A DNA stretch of 64,000 nucleotides from Eledone cirrhosa (GCA_964016885.1 OZ024746.1:25978001-26042000), one strand, 5' to 3'. Positions 12,307 through 27,892 are shown, numbered from the stretch's first letter. Notes: a model not told the origin generated them from the sequence alone. Made by a program: numbers and translations.

Positions 12307-14918
12307 ATCATCATCATCATCACCGTTTTACGTCCGTTCTTCCACGCTAGCATGGGTTAGACGGGTTGTCCTGTTGTGGGCAGTGTCTGGCCGGCTGACC
12401 ATGCCTTGCTCATACAGGAACTGATTTTGGCTTGATTTCTACAGCTGGATGCCCTTCCTAACACCAACCTCATTTACAGTGAGTGCTGGGTGCTTTTTTC
12501 CGTGGCGCCTACATGTCCACTTTGCAGTGGGAGGGTGTGAGGGCATATTGTCTATATGCTTCAGCTTGTACCCATGGGAGGTCCGGTACTCTGTATTACT
12601 GCGTGACGCCAGAGGTCACGGTTGTGTGTCATCGCCTTTGAGAGGTGCAATTGGGTCAGGTCAGCCCCTATCGCCTCATCCCAGGTCTTCTTGGGTCTCC
12701 CCACTCCGCGCTTCCATTGACTTTTAGCGCTCTGCACCTTTTTATGCAGCTGTCATCCTTCATACGCATCACATGTCCATACCAACGCAACCGCCTCTCC
12801 TGCACACAGCATTTGATTCCTCTGATGCTTAGTCTCTCTCGCAATTCATTTATGCTTTGCCGTTCGCGTATATTACTATTAAACATCCATCGGAGCATGC
12901 AGGCTTCGTTTCTGTCTAATCTACGTAAGTCTTCCACCTTCAGCGCCCAGGTCTCACTACCATGTAACATTGCTGTTCGGATACACGCATCATACAGTCT
13001 GCCTTTCATTTTGAGGGAGAAGCCTTTTGCAGCTAGCAGTGGCAGTAATTCCCTGAACTTCTTCCATCCTGTTCTTACCCTAGTTATTGTACTTTCTGAA
13101 CACCCACCTCCGCTGCTAATTCGGTCACCTAGGTAGCAGAAGCTGTCTACTGTTTCTACAGAGTCCTCCCAGAGATTGGTGGTACTTGTTTCCTGTGGCT
13201 GTTTGCTGCTTGCTGTCCCAGCACAGCTGCTACATGTGAAGCCTACATTCTTAATTAAGCTTCCTGAGATCCTGCTACATCTATTGTGTACCCATTGTTT
13301 GCATTTGGGGCAGAGAATGGAGTTCCTACCTACACCTTTCCTACATACTGAGCAAGGCCATTTCCCTGAGGGGATCTGGGTTCTGTTTTCTCGTCTACTT
13401 ACAAGGACCTTAGACTTTGTCATGTTGACTTTGAGACCCTTTTTTTCTAGTCCCTGCTTCAAAGTTTGGAATTTCTTCTCTAGTTCTACCATAGATTCAG
13501 CTATAAGTGCGAGGTCATCTGCATACAGGAGTTCCCATGGGCATCCGGTCTTAAACTCCTCCGTTATTGCCTGCAAGACTATGATCAACAGGAGAGGGCT
13601 AAGAACAGAGCCAACCTGTATGCTAAATTCCTCGCTATACTCATTGCTAATCCTAACTTTGCTGACTGCTCCCCTATACATGGCTTGTACAACTTTCACA
13701 AGCCATTCATCTACTCCTAGTTTTCTAAGAGCCCACCAGATTATAGCACGTGGAACTCTGTCAAAGGCTTTCTCGAGATCGACAAATGCCAGGTAGAGTG
13801 GCTTACTTTTAGCTAGGTACCTTTCCTGTAACTGCCGCACAAGGAACAGGGCATCAGTGGTGCCTCTTCCTGGTACAAACCCAAATTGCATCTCATCTAG
13901 TTTCACCCGGTCCCTAATCAACTGTGCTATAACTCTTTCTGTTACTTTCATCACCTGGTCCATCAGCTTTATACCTCTATAGTTTCCTCTATCTAGTGCA
14001 TCACCTTTATCTCTGTAGCAGTTGACAATGATGCTACAGCACCAATCTTTTGGTATGACACCTTCTAGTATTACCTGGTTAACAATACGTGTGGTTATAG
14101 TGTGACCTACAGACCCAGAAGCCTTCAGCATCTCGGCAGCTATACTCGATGGACCGGTTGCCTTCCCCATCTTCATATCTTTGATTGCCTTACTTACTAC
14201 GCTGCTGCTGACTTGTACTGCTGGCCCCTCTATAGGGTCTACTTGGAGTAGGGTCTCTTCTTCCCATGCATTCTCCTCATTTAGTAATCTATCATAATGG
14301 CTCTTGCATGCATCTTTCTTCTCACCACTTGTGAGGGCAAGCTCACCTTTATCATTCCGGATACACTTCTCTCCAATGATATCACAATTCTCTCTGACAC
14401 ACTGCCTCACAATCTTGAACACCTCCTGTTTCTGGTCCTCACGTTGCAAAACATGCTTGAATTTTCTATCCTCTGCTTCCCTCCTAGCTAAGTATACTTG
14501 TCGCCTAGCTTCCCTCTTGGTATCTATGTAATGTACTCTGCTTCCCCCATTCTTCCATTCTTTCCATGCCTGTCTCTTGGCCTTAACTGCCTCATCTACC
14601 ATATTGTTCCACCAAGTCACTCTCCTCCTGCTTGTGGTCTTACTCCAGCCACAGATCTCATCCGTCGCCTCTAGTAAGTTATTTTTTAGGAACTCCCAGT
14701 GCTCTTCTACATTGAATGTCTCTATCTGTTCTTCTTTACTGGTGTAGGCATTGAGTAAAATATCTTTAAATCTGTTACTGGCCGAGGGGTCTTTCAGCTT
14801 CCAGATCTTTCTTCTCCAGGTTGGCCTCTGTTTCCAGGTTCGTCTAGTTCTGACCGTGAGGTCGCTGACAACTAAGCTATGTTGGGAGGTACATTCCTCA
14901 CTAGGGAAGGCTTTTGTG
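12307..14918 (-). mobile_element. RTE-clade LINE (family A), 5'-truncated
   Basis: RT motifs NYRGIKL, QFGF, AFVDLEKAFDRV, YADDL; end of the APE domain (SQH) just upstream of the called ORF; 3' UTR and (ATG)n tail. Confidence 0.95.
12668..14915 (-). pseudogene. RTE ORF2 (RT plus PHD-like finger), defective
   Basis: QVGSVLSP lacks the VHQG seen in the 40.6-kb copy; C-terminal frameshift near the expected GRP motif; no 5' end. Confidence 0.85.
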
Positions 14919-14922
14919 TTTA

Positions 14923-14949
<27 letters not shown>

Positions 14950-14954
<5 letters not shown>

Positions 14955-16470
14955 AAACGAAAGATAGTTACTTTAGATCATGTCTATTTTATTATACGTA
15001 TTTCGAAGATGCAAGGCTTATGTATAACATAATCCAAAACATGTTTTTGTCAGACAAAATGCATAGGAGATGCAGAATTTTTTTGATTTACTGGCAGTCA
15101 AACAAGCTGGACAGATTGGTGACAACCGAGCATATGATTAGAAAAAAAAACCCAACACAGAAGATGTTACATAAGTGGGAGAAAAATACAGTTGGACTTA
15201 ACGTTTTTGAAATTATTTAAAATATGATGTAATTAGTTTGGTAAAAAAAAAAAAGTAAATATAGACTATTAGTCAGTTTATATGTTACTTATATTAGCTA
15301 CTATACCAAAAAATATATATATTTTATACCAAAGAAAAAATATTCGAGGATGCTAAAGTAATATTGTAATTATATGATAAAGAAAAAAAAATTAGGATTA
15401 CAAAATTCAAAAGTAAATTATCTATGCTTATGTATAATTTGAATTGGTATTATATGAGTGGAAAAATATTTAACAATTGGTATGACTTTTTTTTTTTATA
15501 TAACTGACTTCAAAAGAAGAGATGCAATTAATTTATCCTTTCAACAATTATATTTAAGTAGGTAATATACGAATAGAGGAAAATATTAACTATTGGTGTA
15601 ACTATTATTATAAGAAAAGTGTATGTATTATAGCCTAGTTTATAAATTTATATTAAATTTAATTTACTTATATACTAACTAAAGATAAGGTAGATGAAAA
15701 AGTTATAATGAAAAAATATATTAGTTTACTTATTTTGTCTATTCGTCTTTATTTTCTATCTAAACATAACAAAATTGAATAAAAATCATATACAAAGAAA
15801 TATTACTTATTTAATTTTTTTTAATTAAATTTAACTAAAAACGCTATGAAACGTTTTTGAAAACTTGTGAAGACAAGAACTAAAGATTTCAGAGCGTTTA
15901 TGGATAGTTAATTACCTATTATAAATGATATGTAGAATTTCTGTGGTACAGAAATTAAATCCTTTAGATACGGAAGCATTTTTATAAGGCAAAGCATTAG
16001 AAAGTTTCTGCCAAGAAAGGGAATATTCAATATTATTATTTTTAAGGGACCAAATCAATTCAGAGAGGGACGTACTAAATCTTTTATCTTCTTTTAAACG
16101 AGTGATGATTGTACCATCTTTCTTTAAATTTTGAAGAGGTGGCACCAATATAATTATAAAACTTATCTTTTGTTTTAACTATGCATTTATAAACTAAATT
16201 ACAATCAAGACAGTTATTATTTAGTGGGAAAAAATTCTTTTTTTTTTACAATTATGTTACTATTCAATGATGCCACTCTGTGTCTATAAGTCATCAGGTT
16301 TTTGTCGTCTATGTTGTTGGTGTAATCGTTGCTAATTGAGATGTTGTTTATTCTATTAGTGATTCCAAGATTACCATTATGAGTTAACTCCCTATGATTA
16401 GTTCTGAGATATCCATTGTTAATTTTAGCTATATTTTGGGCACTAATTTTAATAGTCGAGTAGGAAAGTT
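14950..16470 (-). mobile_element. Degenerate Penelope-like element (GIY-YIG remnant plus 3' UTR)
   Basis: Minus-strand PLNNNCLDCNLVYKCIV..YIGATSS..STSLSELIWSLK..FCTTE, matching the 26.6-27.7 kb ORF; hammerhead-like motif at the 3' end. Confidence 0.8.
14985..15061 (-). ncRNA. Degenerate type-I hammerhead ribozyme motif
   Basis: attttgt-CTGACAA-(weak stem II)-GAAA-tacgta-TA-ataaaat; core G8 is A. Confidence 0.6.
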
Positions 16471-18999
16471 TGATTGTATGTTGGTCAAAGATTCTACTAT
16501 ATTTATGTGTTTTTTTATATCATCGTTTAATCTCTATTTTTCCATGCTTCCATGGGTTAGATGGACTGTCACATTATGAGACAAGTCAGGTCTGGAGATC
16601 ACGTCTTGCTCATGTAGAACTATATTTTGGCTTGGTTTTTACAGCTAGAGGCTTTCCTAACACTAACCATATAACAGTGTGGATTGGGTGCTTTTTATCG
16701 TGACATCATCATCATCACCATCGTTTAACGTCTATCTTCCATGCTAGCATGGGTTAGATACCGAAAAAATCATCTTACAGGGCAGACTGGGCACTTTTTG
16801 TCATGTCACCAGCATGACCACCGTACAGGATAGACTGGGGCTATTTTTCATGTCGCCAGATCATTGGTGCTTTGTTGTTCATGTACATTACTCTTACATA
16901 TCAATCGGACCATGCTCATCTCATTTCTTTCCAATCATCATAAGTCCTCTATACACCAATGCCCAAGTTTCACTTCCATGCAGCTTTGCCATTCATACAC
17001 ACACATCTGCCTTTCATTGAGAGAAAAATCTTTTGTAGGCTAAACCCCACTCTCACCCCATTCCTTATCACTTCCCTTGCAGCCTGGCCAAGGATACAAG
17101 CACCTTAGTATTGAAATGTGGAAGTGCTGGTGTTATGATAAAATTCACCCTGTACACTCTGCTATAGGAACCATGCCAATATGGAACGTATGAGCAAGAT
17201 ATAGACATGTGATCTGCTCGTCTAGTCTCAGAATATGATAACTTGTGTAACCCATGCAAGTGTGGAAAATAGATATAAAAGTGTTGATGAAGACAATGGT
17301 GATGATGACATACACACACACACATTCCTTGAGTAGAATATGTAAAGCAGATAGATGATTTACAATCCAGTGATCAGAAATATGTTAAACTTCCACCATT
17401 ACACAATCTCAATTCTTGCAACTAGTTTACATCTGCTAGTAGAGATTTACAATAAATATTCCATCAACACAGCCTCACAGAATTCTAGGAAAATATCAGA
17501 TTTCTTTCTCTCCAATGTCACCAAATTAATTCGTTTACTACACCCAGTTGTTAGGTCAGATTTCACACACCACGAGGACAGATTGAATAAACTATGAATA
17601 TTGTTGCATATAGCATACCTAATAATATTCATAGTTGCATTTTCTTGTGTATGAGAAATTTTATACTAAAATTAAGGGGAAAAATATACATAAGTACATC
17701 ATCAGTTTTCAGAAATTTTTACTGAGCATAAAAACACAAATTTTGATGACTAGATTGCAAATACATGTTGGTATCAATTGCATATAAATGGTATTTGATA
17801 TCATCATGATCATCATTTAACATCTATTAGACGGGTTGTGACATTATGAGATAGGTCAAGTCCGGAGAGCACATTTTGCTCATATGGATCTGTTATTCAG
17901 CTTGGTTTCTATGCCCTTTCTAACTTCAACCACATTACACCGAAATGACCATTGCACTGAAAATACAGGGTTAACTGGGCATTTTTTATAACCAGCATGA
18001 TCACCTTACAGGGTGAACTGGGAGCTTTTGTTGTTGTGGCATCAGATCAGAACACAGGGTGACTTTTGATGCATTAGTAATATTTGCTAACCATCTGATT
18101 GTTTTACATTCTTTAATGTCACGAGAAACTGAATATTGAAGTGAAATACAATTCTGATGGATACCATGGTACAAGTTCACAAAAAAAAATTGCATAGACA
18201 TTCTCCAGGGTTGTATTAAACACATGGATGTAATTTATTTCTATCATTTTAGATTTAGAAACTGGGGTCTTATTTATTGTACACAAAGAAATACAATATT
18301 TTATATAATATGTTTGATAATATCCACAAATAGTTACGAACATTATTAAACATAACATGTTTGATAATATCCATAGTTACAAATATTATTGCACATAGCA
18401 TATCTAATAATAGAGAAAATGAATACATCTGCTTATCTATCAAAGTTTCATTACTTTGTCAAATATTTATTTGATTTGAAAACTATGTTTCAAATTTTTG
18501 AAAATTTCATAGAAATCTCATGGTTAACAAAGATACATGATGACAAGTTGATCTTTAGCAAAAACTGTGAATTCCAGGAATTTTGAGTGTAGATGAGTTG
18601 ATTTTGTCAATTGAACAATAAATGGTATGAATTTGTGATGTATAGAGTACAACATCTAAACATGAGATAAAGAGATAAGCTAAAGGTGCGAGTGAGAGAT
18701 AAATATTGATAGGTTATAAGCAGTCACTGATCTGCAGTGATCAAGGTCGAAAGCTGGGCAGAACAACCTCTACTTCTATTAGAATTTGCTACCACTGGTT
18801 GTACCATCTTTTATATGAGAAGATGATCTACTAAGCCCGGGTACTCAATGGGATTTGTGCACCAAAATATCCAAGTTGTTGTTTATTAAGATGCCATTAT
18901 GGCAATGAATAAGAAGAGAAAATGGCTGATATTTTGGATACAATAACAAGCTGGTTACATTTAATTTTGCTACACACACACAAACAATTATATATATAC

Positions 19000-19043
<44 letters not shown>

Positions 19044-19515
19044 ATGGACTCAGAATTATATGGACAACATTGTGGTATTTAAACCTGGTGGAGCCCATCC
19101 TTCTCTAGGTCTGAACACATTCAAATTCTGGGTGAGAGGAAGAGAGAGGGGGAGAGTCAACCCCAGTACCGGACCAATACTTTATTTATCAGACTTGAAA
19201 GGCAAAATTGATCTCGGTGGTATTTGAACTCAAAGCCACAAAGAGCTAGAATGAATACTGAGCAGTAGTCTGTCTATTATTCTAATGATTGCTACCTTCA
19301 TGTATACATCTATCTATTTATATATATGTGTGTGTGTGTGTGTACATACATACACACAGTCCACAAACATAGCTTTGTTACAATATGGTGAAGAAACCAA
19401 GTATCACACACTACCCGTAAAACAATGGAACATATACTGGTGTTAATAAACATGATTCTCATTATTCAATTATCTAATAAAACAACCTTTTACAGTATAC
19501 CTGTGACAATGGAAG

Positions 19516-19690
<175 letters not shown>

Positions 19691-20647
19691 CTTGATAGCC
19701 AAAAGGCAAGAAATTTTACATGGAAAATAAACTTGTTTCGGATTTCACAATATCAAGTGAAATTGTATCTGTAGAATCAATGTTATTTTTGTTGTAACAT
19801 TGCCAAGGAAAAGACAATGTTAGATATAGAAACTAATAGAAATAAGTAATTTAAAACAAATTCTTTGAAGAAAGTAGTGAAAAATAAAACTAGAAGAAAC
19901 AAGTGAATATTGAATGTAAATCAAGTCTTCCTTATTTAGAAGTGAATCAAGGAAAGAAGTGAATCAAGGAAAGAATAGAACTAAACATGGAATAATGTTG
20001 CTGCTAGTTGATACAGAGCTATAGAGAGAGTGTGGTGGACAGAGAGACACTGAGGCGGTCTGGTGTCGCCTTTTGTGGATAGGGAGACAACCAGGTGGAC
20101 AAAGAGAGACAGCCTAGAGAGCAGAAAAACATAGTGACTGTCTGGTGTAGACTCTGGTAGATATAGAGACAGCCTAGTGAACAGAAAGACATTAGAGAGA
20201 GACTTGATAGCATCTAGTGGACATTAAGACATAGAGACAATGTGGGTAGATTCTGGTGGAGAGAGAGGGTGTCTGAGGTAGCCTCTGGTGGACAGAGAGA
20301 GACAGTCTGTGATTGATTCTGGTAGACATAGAGATAAGGAGACAACATGGCACCTGATGTAAGATCTACATAAAACTTTAGAACATCGTTCAAGAACTGT
20401 AAAAACAATAAAATGTTTGTAATGTTTATGATGTGTGAGGGAGGAGGAGAAAAACAATATATAGATTCTGAAATTGGCAGATTTTGGTAATGAGAGATTT
20501 CTAGCTGACAACAATGTCAATATCTCTTATTTTGATGGAGAATAGTGTGGGTGAGTGTATGTATAAACACACAAATAAACACATATATGAACACACACAC
20601 ACACGTCTGTGTGAGTGCGTGTTTATATGTATTTGTGTGTGTATGTA

Positions 20648-22148
<1,501 letters not shown>

Positions 22149-22149
22149 C

Positions 22150-22477
22150 ATCATTCATCATCATTTCATTTACGTCTGCTTTTCCCTGCTTGCAAGGGTG
22201 GAACGGGAACTGATTCTGGCTTGATTTCTACAGCTAGATGCCCTTCCTAACACCAACCTCATTTACAGTGAGTGCTGGGTGCTTTTTTGCCGTGGCACCT
22301 CCACGACCACTTTGCAGTGGAAAGATAGGAACCCCAGTCCCTATCATCTCATTTCTACAGCTGAGTAAACTGGAGCAATGTGAAATAAAGTGTCTTGCTC
22401 AAGGAAACAACATCACCTGGTCGGAGAATTGAACTCACAACCTTTCGATTGCTCTAACCACTAAGCCATGTGCCTCC
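22150..22477 (-). mobile_element. tRNA/CORE-like SINE with RTE tail
   Basis: Same family as 4441-4771. Confidence 0.85.
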
Positions 22478-22545
22478 ATATATATATATATACACATATA
22501 TATACACACATATATATATATATACATATATATATAAACATATAT

Positions 22546-23560
22546 GTAGGAGGTGAGTTTTATTGTAGTACAATAAAGCAATGCAGATATCGGATAAGTA
22601 GCACTCTTCAGTTTGTAGGTCTGGAGTATAAATAATATATAAGATAAAAAGATGGTTAAAAGAGTTCCATGTATTTTATTATGCACATTTCAAAAACAAA
22701 TATCATCATGCGATGACAATTGCGTTTTTGTCAGATAAAATAGGGAGACATGATATGAAGGTTAAAAAAACACTTGTGAATAGTGCAGTTTTAAATCAAC
22801 ATATGAAAAGTAGTTTTAGATTGATGTGTGATATTTGGAAAAAAAGAATTGAGGGCGTGGGGTGGTGGAAAGGATGAAAAAGAGGAGGAGATGAGAATAA
22901 AAAGTGGAGGGGTAGGAGTATAATAAGGAAGGATGAGATAGGAGAGATGGGTGATAGAGAGAGAGAGATAGCTTTTATAACTGAGAAAAATATATTGTTT
23001 TACATAGAGAGATTAAAAAACCGTTGGAAGATAATATATAAATTAAAAGAATTTGAAAATTAACAAAGAGAAAAATTTTAGAATAATGTTAAATTAAGGT
23101 TTGTCTATTGAAGGGTTTAATAATATGTGCGATGAAAAGAAATTGTTAATATGTATTATTAAAAAATATAAAAATATAACAATAGTAATGTAATTAAGGA
23201 TATATTGTGAAAAGAAGTAGAAGAGTGGATGAATAATTGTAATATGTATAAGTTAGATGAGCATGAAAGGGAGAAAAAAATAATGAATTGAGGATGAATA
23301 ATCTAACATAAAAAAAAATTTATGTTTACGAAGGATTTTTCAAGGTGATATAAAGTATTTAAAAGGGTAAGGATATATTGTGGGGAGTAATAATGAGAAT
23401 TGAGAAGTATCTAGGAAGAAAAGGTACAGATTAGAGGTTAGAAATTAAAAGAAAAAGAAAAAAAGAAAAGAAAAAAGGAAAAAAAGAAAGAAAGGGAAGT
23501 GATAAAGAATGAGTAACTAGTATTATATAATGTATAATAAATAACATTGAAATAAGGTAG
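22546..23560 (-). mobile_element. Probable PLE 3' UTR/terminal repeat
   Basis: Shares its terminus with 2091-2230; hammerhead-like motif; abuts (TA)n; right boundary set by the CR1 insertion and uncertain. Confidence 0.55.
22672..22742 (-). ncRNA. Degenerate type-I hammerhead ribozyme motif
   Basis: tattttat-CTGACAA-aaacgcaattgtcatc..gatgatatttgttttt-GAAA-tgtgca-TA-ataaaata. Confidence 0.65.
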
Positions 23561-23561
23561 C

Positions 23562-24915
23562 ACGCAACATGGCTTCCGCCCAGGAAGAAGCTGCCTTACA
23601 CAGCTGCTACATCACTACGACTGGGTACTGAGACAACTACTAGACAGCTCACATGTGGACGTGATATATCTTGACTTTGCGAAGGCCTTTGACAAGGTCG
23701 ACCACGGAATGATATGTCACAAACTACACGGACTCGGCATAACTGGAAAAGTAGGTGAGTGGCTGCATGGCTTCCTAAGGGACAGAGGCCAGGCAGTCGC
23801 AGCAAATGGGGCCCTCTTGAGGGAAACACCAATAACAAGTGGGGTGCCCCAGGGGACAGTCCTGGGACCACTACTGTTTTTGGTGGCTCTCTCAGACATG
23901 CCCTCTGTAGTGCATACAACAACATCCCTCACTAGCTATGCTGATGACACTAAGGTAGCACAGGCAATCAAAAACTCGGCTGACGCTGCCCTTTTACAGC
24001 AGGATCTGGATGCCATATACAAATGGGCGGAAGAAATCAACATGTAGTTTAATGCTGGCAAATTCCAAGCCCTACAATTCAAACCTGCAAACACAAATAT
24101 AGTGGAACACAACTACACAGGACCAGGAGGGACTGATATCCCCGTGTCAAAATCGATACGAGACCTGGGCATAGACATGAGCGATGATGCATCTTTTTCT
24201 TCACACATCATGAAAGTGGCGACAATGTGCAGACAACTCGCTGGCTGGATCTTGAGGACTTTCCGGACAAGAGATCGAGACACCATGTTGACACTATGGA
24301 GGACATTTGTCCTAAGCTGCCTGGACTACTGCTCCCAGTTGTGGTCACCCCATAGTGTCAAACTAACCACGGAGCTTGAGGCAATCCAGCGAAGCTACAC
24401 CAAGAGGATTGCCAAGATGAGGGAGACAAGCTACTGGGAGAGGTTAAAGGAACTGAACCTCTACTCCTTGGAACGAAGACGGGAGAGATACGCAGTGATC
24501 TACATGTGGAAAATCCTGGAGGGACTAGCACCAAACTTTGGCATTGGGAGCTGGACCAACCATTGAACAGGACGTCACTGTGTGGTGCCAAAGGTCCCGT
24601 CTTCCACATCTAGAATAAGGAGCAGGTATTGCAATAGCCTGGGATTCCAGGGCCCTCAACTCTTCAACAGGCTGCCGAGGGATCTGAGAGACTTGCATGA
24701 CGTGGAGATGGATGTCTTCAAGAAACATCTCGACACCTTGTTATCCAGGATCCCGGATGAGCCCACAGCAAGACACGAGGGAAACCTAAGGGCAGCAGCA
24801 ACAAACTCCCTCTGACACCAGTGGCCAACCTATACAGGCTGGAGATAAAATGTGTAGCAACAAGGGCGGTGCCCCAGCATGGCCTCAGCCAGATGGCTGA
24901 AACAGGTAAAAGAGT
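23562..24915 (+). mobile_element. CR1/L2-group LINE, 5'-truncated RT pseudogene
   Basis: QHGFRPGRSC, YLDFAKAFDKVDH, SGVPQGTVLGP, YADDTK, LDYCSQLWSP, LERRR; in-frame stops at ~24045 and ~24564. Confidence 0.93.
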
Positions 24916-25022
24916 ATATATATATATATACATATACATATACATATATATACATATATACATATACACATATATACATATATAATATTAATAAATGGAA
25001 ACTATATTTATAAAACCATATT

Positions 25023-25087
25023 TATTTCATTATACATATTTCAGGGATACCACATTAAATTATGGTATGCCTTCATCAGACAAAATA
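25023..25087 (-). ncRNA. Type-I minimal hammerhead ribozyme, intact core
   Basis: tattttgt-CTGATGA-aggcatacca..tggtatccct-GAAA-tatgta-TA-atgaaata. Confidence 0.8.
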
Positions 25088-26577
25088 CAATATATAACAG
25101 TTTTACAAATAGCTTTGACGTACCCTTTTAAAATGCAACCATTACTTTTGGAGGCTGTCTGGATAGTGATTTGTTTATATTATTTTAATAAGTCATAGTG
25201 TTAAGCACAATTAGAAAAAGAAGGAGAGAAAGAAAAAAAAAAGACAAAAAAGACGGAGAGAGAAAGAAACCTGGAGAAATATCGGAGAGAAATGTATGGA
25301 GAAAAGAAAGAGATAAATAAAGATAGGAGGAAATAAGAAAAACAAAGGAAAGCAACAGAGAGATATCAAGTCATCATACAGATAGAAAAACTCAAGAGAG
25401 AGAAATACTATATAGAGAGAGGGGGAGACAATGAAAACTTTACGTCATGTCATATTAAGTTGAGTTAACAATTTATATGAAATGAATAATAAAAATATAA
25501 ATATCAATATTCATGAATGGGACATAGATATATAATATGAGAAATTAAACATTGTTCAATAATGACTATATGTTTAGTTTAAAAACTTGAGATCAATATA
25601 CCAAAATCAGAGTTAAATCGTTCAAAATGTACCCTTGCTATAGAGATCAGTATCTTATGCAAAGACATACAAATATATATGTATATATATATATATATAT
25701 ACACATACGCACGTCCTGAAAATAGAAATTATGTTTACTCAAGCCAACAATATAGCCATACAAAACGTAAATGATTTCTCTTAATCACTGCTATACATTC
25801 CCTGTGTTATAAAAAGTTCACAGTATATATACATAAATATATACGATTAATATTCATGTCGTCATATATACGATTACTATTCATGTATTTAATATTATGC
25901 ATATCTGCAACATACCTCTCACCCACATAGATATATATACATACATATATACACATACATATGTATAAATAAATATTTGCGTGCGTCACCCGCATCGCTC
26001 ATGTATATATACAGACACAAAAAACCTATAACACTTTATATGCATGTTAATACACACATATGCATTTGTATAGAGATAATCAAATATCAATATATTACTA
26101 AAGGATTATAACTTGTAAATATAACTATAACAATATAAATTTAAAATACCAAAGGAATATATATCAGTATAGTTAAAAGAAATCTAGAAATATCAAAGCA
26201 TTAAATATCTTTAAAACACTATAGAGTATCTTAAGTTAAAATAATATGTTTTATATATTAAGTATAGAAATTTATCCTACGTATATCTCAATCAAGATAT
26301 TGAAAGGGTAGACTTATGAAAGTTATGAGAAGCTATCAGAATCAAAACAAATAAATAAAAATAATTTAAAAGATTTAAAAAACCCAATGATTCTACAGAT
26401 AACCTTATATTTAGTATAGAAATTTATCTTACGTATATTTTATTTAATACATTGGAAGTATAGACATTTTAGAGTAGTTTATTATATCCATGTTTATATT
26501 TAGGAAGAAAGTTTAAAAAGAATCTAATGATTTATCGACAGGTTTCATATATTAACTAAATTACTTAATTAATTATA

Positions 26578-27735
26578 CTACATTTTAAATTTATATTTAT
26601 ATTTAAACGTTGAGTTCAATCTATGTCTGCAGCAACTGAATAAATTGTTCCTTAAATTAAGGGAATTTTTGGACTTTAATATAAAGAATATTTCTTCAAT
26701 ACAAAGATCACAATTTTCTGTAGAGGAATTAAAAGGAGTAGCTTATGAAATAATATTCCAATTCATCGAGTATTTAATATTATCTCGCTTTAGGTCCCAT
26801 AGTAGGCTAGATAGCGAAGTTGAAGATTTTTTGTTTGGATCTGTGAAAGAATTCTTATGATTATTGAAGCGAAATTTAAATTCTGTAGAGGTGGAACCAA
26901 CATATTTAAATGAATTTAAATTAGTTTTAACATTACAATTGTACACTACATTTTTAGCTAAGCAGTTGTTATTTAACGGACAGTTAGATTTATTTCTACA
27001 GTTACAGTTATTTAATTGAATATTGTTTGGGTTATTATTGGTATTTTGGTTAGGTTTTAAATTCCTATTATTAATTCTATTAATATTTTGTGCTAAATTT
27101 TTGGTGGACGAATAAGTTAATTTTATAGTGTGTCTATTAAAAATTGAGTAATATTTATGTGTTCTAGGGAAGCGTTTGTCAAGAGCTTTAAAGAATAGTT
27201 TAGCAATAGGGGTTTTAATATTTAGTGAGAAAGGGGGAGCAAACCATAATATATTTCTAGTTCTCTTTCGGCTTTTGGAATTATTGTAATGTTTTCTATT
27301 ATAGTTGTTAAAGTTGTTACCGTAATTGAAATTGTTATTATTTTGGTTAGTTTGCTTATTATTATTATTATCGATGTATTTAATTTTATTTCTATATCCA
27401 GCTCTACCTAACGCTTCGTTGTAATACTGCGCTTTTTCATCAAATATATTTTTATTAGATGAAATTCTTGAAATTCGTTCTTGAACAGAGTTCACTATAG
27501 TATTTTTAACAGATCTGGGGTGATTAGAGTTAAAGTTGACATAATTCAAGTTCTCATTTAGTTTGTGAAATGGATAATGAAGACATGTGTTGAGATTTAG
27601 TGTTACATCAAGAAAATTGACTATTCTATGGTTATTCTCTATTTCTATTTTTAGATTAAGGTAATTAAAAAATTGTATAATTTGTTTTCTTTTTCTATTT
27701 AGTTCACAGCTATTATTTTCTATAAGTAAAAGCAT
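26578..27735 (-). pseudogene. PLE ORF C-terminal half (RT thumb, CNCR..CPL..C linker, GIY-YIG endonuclease)
   Basis: VNFLDVTL, SNHP, CNCRNKSNCPLNNNCL, NVVY..YVGST..FKFRFNNH; same frame continues past the stop at 26743 as ATPFNSSTENCDLCIEE..LNLRN..CCRH to a TAG at 26578. Confidence 0.9.
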
Positions 27736-27849
27736 GTCATCCTCCGGCCAACTGAACTCACTCGATATGCAAATTGGGCTGCTCAGCCGTTAATTTTTCA
27801 TAAGGAAAGTATATACTTTCGGACGTTCAACCATCTGGCAGAAAGGTAT

Positions 27850-27892
27850 GCGGTGCTGACGATAGCTAGCAGGCTTGAAACTAGTACATCGT
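27850..27892 (+). ncRNA. Type-I minimal hammerhead ribozyme, intact core
   Basis: gcggtg-CTGACGA-tagct agca ggctt-GAAA-ctag-TA-catcgt; palindromic actagt stem III; GUA cleavage triplet. Confidence 0.75.

Larger units (their letters stand above)
24980..27742 (-). mobile_element. Penelope-like element, 5'-truncated, with ~1.6-kb 3' region ending in a hammerhead-bearing repeat
   Basis: RT-thumb plus GIY-YIG ORF and a same-strand hammerhead downstream; continuity across the AT-rich UTR is inferred. Confidence 0.8.

Noticed and set aside
12645-13796. Plus-strand ORFs of 163 aa and 206 aa
   Set aside because: Antisense shadows of the RTE ORF
23938-23950. CTGATGA in the CR1 copy (also at ~40719 in the RTE copy)
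   Set aside because: These are the codons of the YADD motif
26740-26748. Recoding or selenocysteine readthrough in the PLE ORF
   Set aside because: The stop is TAA, not TGA; a simple nonsense mutation in a truncated copy is more likely
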